Assembly (NCBI GenBank): GCA_048887225.1
Contig: JBHLJY010000006.1
Span: forward strand, 78,238-142,237
DNA from: Candidatus Hodarchaeota archaeon
GTDB lineage: Archaea > Asgardarchaeota > Lokiarchaeia > Sigyniarchaeales > SOKP01
Length of the DNA stretch: 64,000 nt
Direction of reading: 5' to 3'
Under the pieces are notes generated by a model, which saw nothing but the letters and a program-made list of their open reading frames with translations, was not told the origin of the DNA and ran no database searches. Numbering within the stretch: position 1 is the stretch's first letter; every line of letters begins with the position of its first letter. Below are positions 59,256 to 64,000 of this stretch, piece after piece. A program made the translations under genes and the position numbers.

Positions 59256-60002
59256 TTATTTAAAAAGATCTAAGTGGATTCTTCCATCACGTATTTCTAT
59301 AATCCTCTCAGTTTTTTCGGCAATTCGACGCTCGTGAGTTATAACGATAATCGTAGTTTTAAATTCTTCATTAATATCTCGAAAAAGATCATAGACTTTA
59401 TCAGTAGCTTCTGTGTCTAAATTACCGGTTGGTTCATCTGCTAATAAAATTTTTGGATTATTCATTAAAGCTCGTGCAATCGCTGTTCTTTGTTGCTGAC
59501 CTCCTGACATATTGTTTGCCAGATTATTCTTAACATCTTCAATCCCAATAAACCTTAACAACTCTAATGCTCTCTCTTTAACTTCTTTTGTTATTTTCCT
59601 TTTGCTAATTCTATAAGGAAATAATACATTTTCAAATGCGGTGTATTCTGGTAGAAGATAATGGTATTGAAATACAAAACCTATTGTTCTATTTCTTAAT
59701 TCTGCCAAATCGTTTTTGGTCATCTGATCTGTTCTTTTCTCATCAATATATACCTCTCCTTTAGTGGGTTTATCCAGGGTTCCAATAAGATTCATTAATG
59801 TTGATTTACCACTTCCAGAGGGGCCAACAATAGAATTAAATGAACCTTCTTCAATTTGTAAATTTATATCAAAAAGAACCTGTGTGGCAACACCAGTATA
59901 GTAAAATTTATCTATGTTCTTTAGCTCAATTACATACTTATTTCCTTTCGTTATCGCTATATTTCTCTCACTTCTTAATTCTAATGCTTGACTATCAGCC
60001 AG
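59256..60002 (-). CDS. LolD/MacB-type ABC ATPase, probable CTG start (248 aa)
   Basis: Walker A GPSGSGKST lies upstream of the first ATG (59795); frame stays open to CTG at 60002 with GAGGTGA SD; MSGGQQQR, ADEPTGNLD. Confidence 0.88.
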   Translation of the reverse strand: MADSQALELRSERNIAITKGNKYVIELKNIDKFYYTGVATQVLFDINLQIEEGSFNSIVGPSGSGKSTLMNLIGTLDKPTKGEVYIDEKRTDQMTKNDLAELRNRTIGFVFQYHYLLPEYTAFENVLFPYRISKRKITKEVKERALELLRFIGIEDVKNNLANNMSGGQQQRTAIARALMNNPKILLADEPTGNLDTEATDKVYDLFRDINEEFKTTIIVITHERRIAEKTERIIEIRDGRIHLDLFK

Positions 60003-61173
60003 TTCTTATCACCTCAATTGGATTTAACTTAGAAGATTTAATTGCTGGACTAATCGCTGCTGAAACAGATGCACCAATAATTATAGCCGCAGAAGCTAAA
60101 ATGAAAATTGGATTGTATTCAATCACAATAAAATCGCTGGCAGACGCTTGAGTAAAACCCCAGAGAAAAAATATACCTAAACTAATACCACCTATTGCAC
60201 CAAATATGCCAAGGATTAACCCTTGAAACAAAAATATTAAACTAGCAGTTCGATTAGTTATTCCCATGGCTTTTAATATACCCAATTGCTGTTGTTTCTG
60301 TACTACACTTATCGCAAGAACGCTTGATATCCCAATAACTACTGAAATAAGGACAAAGGATTGAATAAATAGACTTGATAAGTTTTGCGATTGGATAGCA
60401 TTTAAAAGTTGTTCATTTTCATCGATCCAATTTGAAATTTTCAGACCATCATCATCTAAATTTAATTCTTTATTAATATCATCAGCAATCTCATCAGCTT
60501 CAAACAAAAGTTCACTTTCAATCTGCATCTCTATAGATGTAACAGTCCTATTTATATTGAACATTTCTTGTACTGACGCAAGAGTAGTAATTATCCATAA
60601 ACTATTAATTGCTTCTGATTCAAAATCATAAAACCCTACAATTTTAAATGTACGATTAACAGCTATACTTTTTTCTCCAATTTTTACGATTCCAAATATA
60701 GTAATTCTATCCTCAATATCGAGATCTAATTCGTCATTTAATTGTTTTCCTATGATTGCTTCAAAATCAACGCTTGGTTCATCTCCTTCGTATATTCTTT
60801 CTGCAATACTATAAATCCTATCAGCATCATCTATATTAAATCCTCTTAGTAAAACATTTATCGTTTTTAAATCATCTTGAATTGTAGCAGGTCTGTCTGC
60901 TGCTGCCGAAATTGCAGTTATTTCATCAAATTCTTCTACATCATCCATAATGCCATTGTATCCCGCAATAAATGGATTTTCTGTATCAGATTCAATAGTT
61001 ATTTGAGATGAATTACCAACTAAATTATTTACAAAGCTTTTTTGTAAACTTTGAAGCAAAATTCCAACAAAAATTTGGACTGAAATCCCTATGGATATAC
61101 CAATAATGATTAACACGGTTTGCCACTTACTCCTCTTAAAAAATCTCAGAGCTATACTCAATGGTAAGATCAA
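59995..61173 (-). CDS. LolC/E-FtsX type ABC permease
   Basis: N-terminal TM, large extracellular domain, GILKAMG, PA.K.S.LNPIEVIR. Confidence 0.9.
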   Translation of the reverse strand: MILPLSIALRFFKRSKWQTVLIIIGISIGISVQIFVGILLQSLQKSFVNNLVGNSSQITIESDTENPFIAGYNGIMDDVEEFDEITAISAAADRPATIQDDLKTINVLLRGFNIDDADRIYSIAERIYEGDEPSVDFEAIIGKQLNDELDLDIEDRITIFGIVKIGEKSIAVNRTFKIVGFYDFESEAINSLWIITTLASVQEMFNINRTVTSIEMQIESELLFEADEIADDINKELNLDDDGLKISNWIDENEQLLNAIQSQNLSSLFIQSFVLISVVIGISSVLAISVVQKQQQLGILKAMGITNRTASLIFLFQGLILGIFGAIGGISLGIFFLWGFTQASASDFIVIEYNPIFILASAAIIIGASVSAAISPAIKSSKLNPIEVIRTG

Positions 61174-61176
61174 TTT

Positions 61177-61827
61177 TCATACCTCCTCAACTAATTTTTT
61201 AATATCATCATAATTTTCTAAGAAAAAATCTGCTCCTATTTTTTTAAAAATCTCTGGATTATTCAAAAAAGCTAAGCCACCCACGATTATTTTACCGTCA
61301 AAATCCGTATATTCTTTTATTAAAGAAATCGCCTTCTCCGCTTCCACAAGATTATAATAATTAGTAACACACAAAGCAATAATTTTTGGCTTTAATATAT
61401 TAATTGCATCTCTAATTTCAGTCCGAGGTATATCTGCACCAACATAGATTGCTTCGCAGCCATAAAATGTGAAAAGATCAGCAATCATTTTCGCCCCTAT
61501 ATCATGATATTCCTCAGCAGGACATCCAACGAAAACTTTAATTTGTTTTTGTTTTAATCCCTTTTCTCTCCTTTCTTTGATTATATAAGGATAACATATT
61601 TCAATTATTGTTCTTAATATCGATGTTCTAATGTGCTCCTTCCATATACATAATTTTCCATCTTCGGAATCACAATAAAATAAATTAAATGCAGGTTCAA
61701 GGATTTCAGAATACAAAGTCGGAATATCTATTTCTTTGCTGTCAAGTTTAGAAATAATAAACTCAACACATTCTTGTTTATTCTCGTTATCGAGAAATGT
61801 TAAAAAAATTTCATAAAATGGATGCAT
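61177..61827 (-). CDS. Cobalamin-binding domain protein (B12-binding_2 cap plus Rossmann)
   Basis: WKEH, E.HDIGA.M, Y.GA..P, I.VGG.AF; first gene of the ABC operon. Confidence 0.85.
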   Translation of the reverse strand: MHPFYEIFLTFLDNENKQECVEFIISKLDSKEIDIPTLYSEILEPAFNLFYCDSEDGKLCIWKEHIRTSILRTIIEICYPYIIKERREKGLKQKQIKVFVGCPAEEYHDIGAKMIADLFTFYGCEAIYVGADIPRTEIRDAINILKPKIIALCVTNYYNLVEAEKAISLIKEYTDFDGKIIVGGLAFLNNPEIFKKIGADFFLENYDDIKKLVEEV

Positions 61828-62048
61828 AAAACATTCCCTCCTAACAGATTACTTGAAGTTCTAAGTACTATTATATTTATGGATTTATTAGTTCAATCTT
61901 TATAAATCCAATAGAATTAAAATCAGATTCTTTAAAAAGGTAATTTTTTATAGAATTTCATAAATAAATTATAAATATATAAAACTAAATAGATTATATT
62001 GTTATTACATTCTATTATTATATCCAATGATATTTAAGGAGTTAAAGT

Positions 62049-63464
62049 ATGAATAAAGAAGAAATATGTTTCATGCCTGCTTATGAAATGGCAGACAAAA
62101 TAAAAAGGCAAGAACTCACCTCGCAAGAGATAACTGAAGCGATAATTGAGAGAATTGAAAAAATAAATCCGATAATCAACGCCTACTGTACACCAACTTT
62201 CGAGTTAGCTAGGGAAATGGCGAAAAAAGCCGATGATGCAGTTAAAAAGGAGGAAAAGGCAGGAATATTAAATGGTATACCTACATCAATTAAGGATCTT
62301 ATGGAAACAAAAGGAATTAGGACTACTTTTGGAAGTAAGATTTATGAAAATTATATACCTGAAGATGATGATCTAGCAGTAAAAAAACTGAAAGAAGCTG
62401 GCATTGTTCTTCTCGGGAAGACAAATACTCCAGAACAGGGATATAGAGCTGTTACAGATAATTTAATTTTCGGAGAGACTAAAAACCCATGGAAATTGGA
62501 CAGGACTTCAGGAGGATCGAGTGGTGGAGCTGCTGCAGCAGTCGCTTCTGGACTTGGACCATTGGCTTTAGGTTCAGATGGTGCGGGTTCTATAAGAATT
62601 CCTAGCTGTCTATGTGGTGTATATGGATTAAAACCAAATTTTGGTAGGATAGCTAGAAAATTTCAACATATGGCATTTTGTACCTTATCTGTTTATGGGC
62701 CAATCGTTAGATATGTTAAGGATGCAGCTTTAATGTTGGACGCAATGGCGGGACCAAATTCTATAGATAAGTATTCAATCCCGCAAAAGAACATTAACTT
62801 TGTAAAAGCTTTAGAAGAAAAACCAAATCAGTTAAAGATTGGCTATTCTTTAGATTTAGGGATCGCAAAAATAATAGATGAAGATGTTGAAGCTTTATTA
62901 ATTAATTCAGTTCAAAAATTTGAGGATTTTGGTTGGAGTGTTGAAAATATTAAAATCAAATTAAAAAAAGCGTTTGTTTGCTTTGCGGCTATAATAACTA
63001 CAGCTACTGCTTATGATTATAAACCATTGATGAAAGAATGGAGGGATAAACTAACTCCTGATCTCGTTAAATTGGTAAATGCTGGAATGAATTATAATGC
63101 TTTAGATTTAATACAAGCAGAATCTCAAAGACAAAAGATAGAACAAATAGTTTATCAGTACTTTAAAAACTATGATATTTTAATAACTCCAACTACTGCT
63201 GTTCCTGCTTTTGAAATCGGAAAAGTGTTTCCTGAAAGAATAGCAGGTAAAGCTGTTTCGTATTTAGGATGGATACCTTTTACCTTTCCTTTTAATATGA
63301 CATGGAATCCTGCCGCATCTATTCCTTGTGGGTGGTCAAGGGATGGATTACCTATAGGTATGCAAATTATAGGGAGAAACCTTGATGAAATAACGGTGCT
63401 TCAAGTTTCAAAAGCTTTCGAAGAAATTCAACCGTGGCAAGATAAAAAGCCTCAATTCAATTAA
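62049..63464 (+). CDS. Amidase signature family enzyme
   Basis: G.P.SIKD, GKTNTPE, GGSSGGAAAA, GSDGAGSIRIP, GLPIGMQ. Confidence 0.93.
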   Translation: MNKEEICFMPAYEMADKIKRQELTSQEITEAIIERIEKINPIINAYCTPTFELAREMAKKADDAVKKEEKAGILNGIPTSIKDLMETKGIRTTFGSKIYENYIPEDDDLAVKKLKEAGIVLLGKTNTPEQGYRAVTDNLIFGETKNPWKLDRTSGGSSGGAAAAVASGLGPLALGSDGAGSIRIPSCLCGVYGLKPNFGRIARKFQHMAFCTLSVYGPIVRYVKDAALMLDAMAGPNSIDKYSIPQKNINFVKALEEKPNQLKIGYSLDLGIAKIIDEDVEALLINSVQKFEDFGWSVENIKIKLKKAFVCFAAIITTATAYDYKPLMKEWRDKLTPDLVKLVNAGMNYNALDLIQAESQRQKIEQIVYQYFKNYDILITPTTAVPAFEIGKVFPERIAGKAVSYLGWIPFTFPFNMTWNPAASIPCGWSRDGLPIGMQIIGRNLDEITVLQVSKAFEEIQPWQDKKPQFN

Positions 63465-63530
63465 TTTTTTTGTATCAATATCTTGAAATTTTAAATTAAT
63501 TCGCAAAAATTGAGTATAAAAATAGTAAAA

Positions 63531-64000
63531 TTAAGTGTGAATTAACTTTGGACTATTTTCAGATATTTTTGGAGGGGGAATAAATACATTTCTAGGTCCT
63601 GATCTTTCGAGTTTGATTGCATTTTCAGGGCAATGATAAGCGCATAAACCACATCCAATACACTTATTCTGATTTATAACCGATATCATATCTATCAATT
63701 CCGCTGCCTCCGTTGGGCATATATCAACACATGTACTACAGCCAATACAACTGTCTACATCTACATTCGATACATATGATGTTAAAGAATACATTGGAGT
63801 CATTCCACGATAATAACATTGGAATGTGATACAACAACATTTACAACAGTTACAGATAGTAACTTCAATATTTTCAGGATTAAGATAGGCGTGAATTGCT
63901 TTATGAACAAGACCGTGGTTTTTAGCCTCCCTTAAGATATTCAATGCATCTTTCTTAGAAATTTGCTTAGCACCATGTTCAATTGCAAATTGAGCATTCC
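63531..64000 (-). CDS. 4Fe-4S dicluster protein, 5'-partial; paralog of 264-1373
   Basis: GLVHK, CNCCKCCC, two ferredoxin motifs; frame continues past the window edge. Confidence 0.82.
   Translation of the reverse strand, partial: NAQFAIEHGAKQISKKDALNILREAKNHGLVHKAIHAYLNPENIEVTICNCCKCCCITFQCYYRGMTPMYSLTSYVSNVDVDSCIGCSTCVDICPTEAAELIDMISVINQNKCIGCGLCAYHCPENAIKLERSGPRNVFIPPPKISENSPKLIHT

Noticed and set aside
1-64000. Short antisense or overlapping ORFs in the track (e.g. 2072-2344, 35777-36166, 46316-46690, 59840-60151); selenocysteine recoding; tRNA/rRNA genes
   Set aside because: The short ORFs are shadows of well-supported genes. I noticed no in-frame TGA at a catalytic Cys position and no structured RNA gene. 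In-frame introns lacking stop codons in other genes cannot be excluded by eye.

Overview
AT-rich archaeal chromosomal DNA, most likely Asgard archaea (Lokiarchaeia). This is inferred from Alba, archaeal CdhB/CdhC, tetraether synthase, tungsten AOR, and strongly expanded acyl-CoA ligase, crotonase, SCP2 and small membrane-protein families. 0-14 kb is an alcohol/aldehyde/acyl-CoA catabolic cluster. 14-29.6 kb is an accessory tract of unrelated single genes separated by recurring intergenic modules. 29.7-43 kb holds fatty-acid/lipid metabolism genes and an orphan DNA methyltransferase. 43-64 kb is housekeeping (alba, cooT, cdhBC, pncB, tes, uvsE, ABC transporter, amidase). Main finding: the apparently broken thiolase gene (13954->12598, minus strand) is interrupted by three tiny insertions of 29, 34 and 34 nt. 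Each folds into a bulge-helix-bulge (BHB) motif, and the canonical EndA cut sites restore a continuous 419-aa reading frame exactly. This points to a multi-intron protein-coding gene spliced by the tRNA-splicing machinery; splicing itself is inferred, not shown. Secondary findings: a B12 acyl-CoA mutase with non-MCM specificity residues, a mosaic family of intergenic repeats, a likely CTG-initiated ABC ATPase, and a zinc-ribbon gene with an in-frame TAG. No rRNA, tRNA, CRISPR array or transposase was seen.
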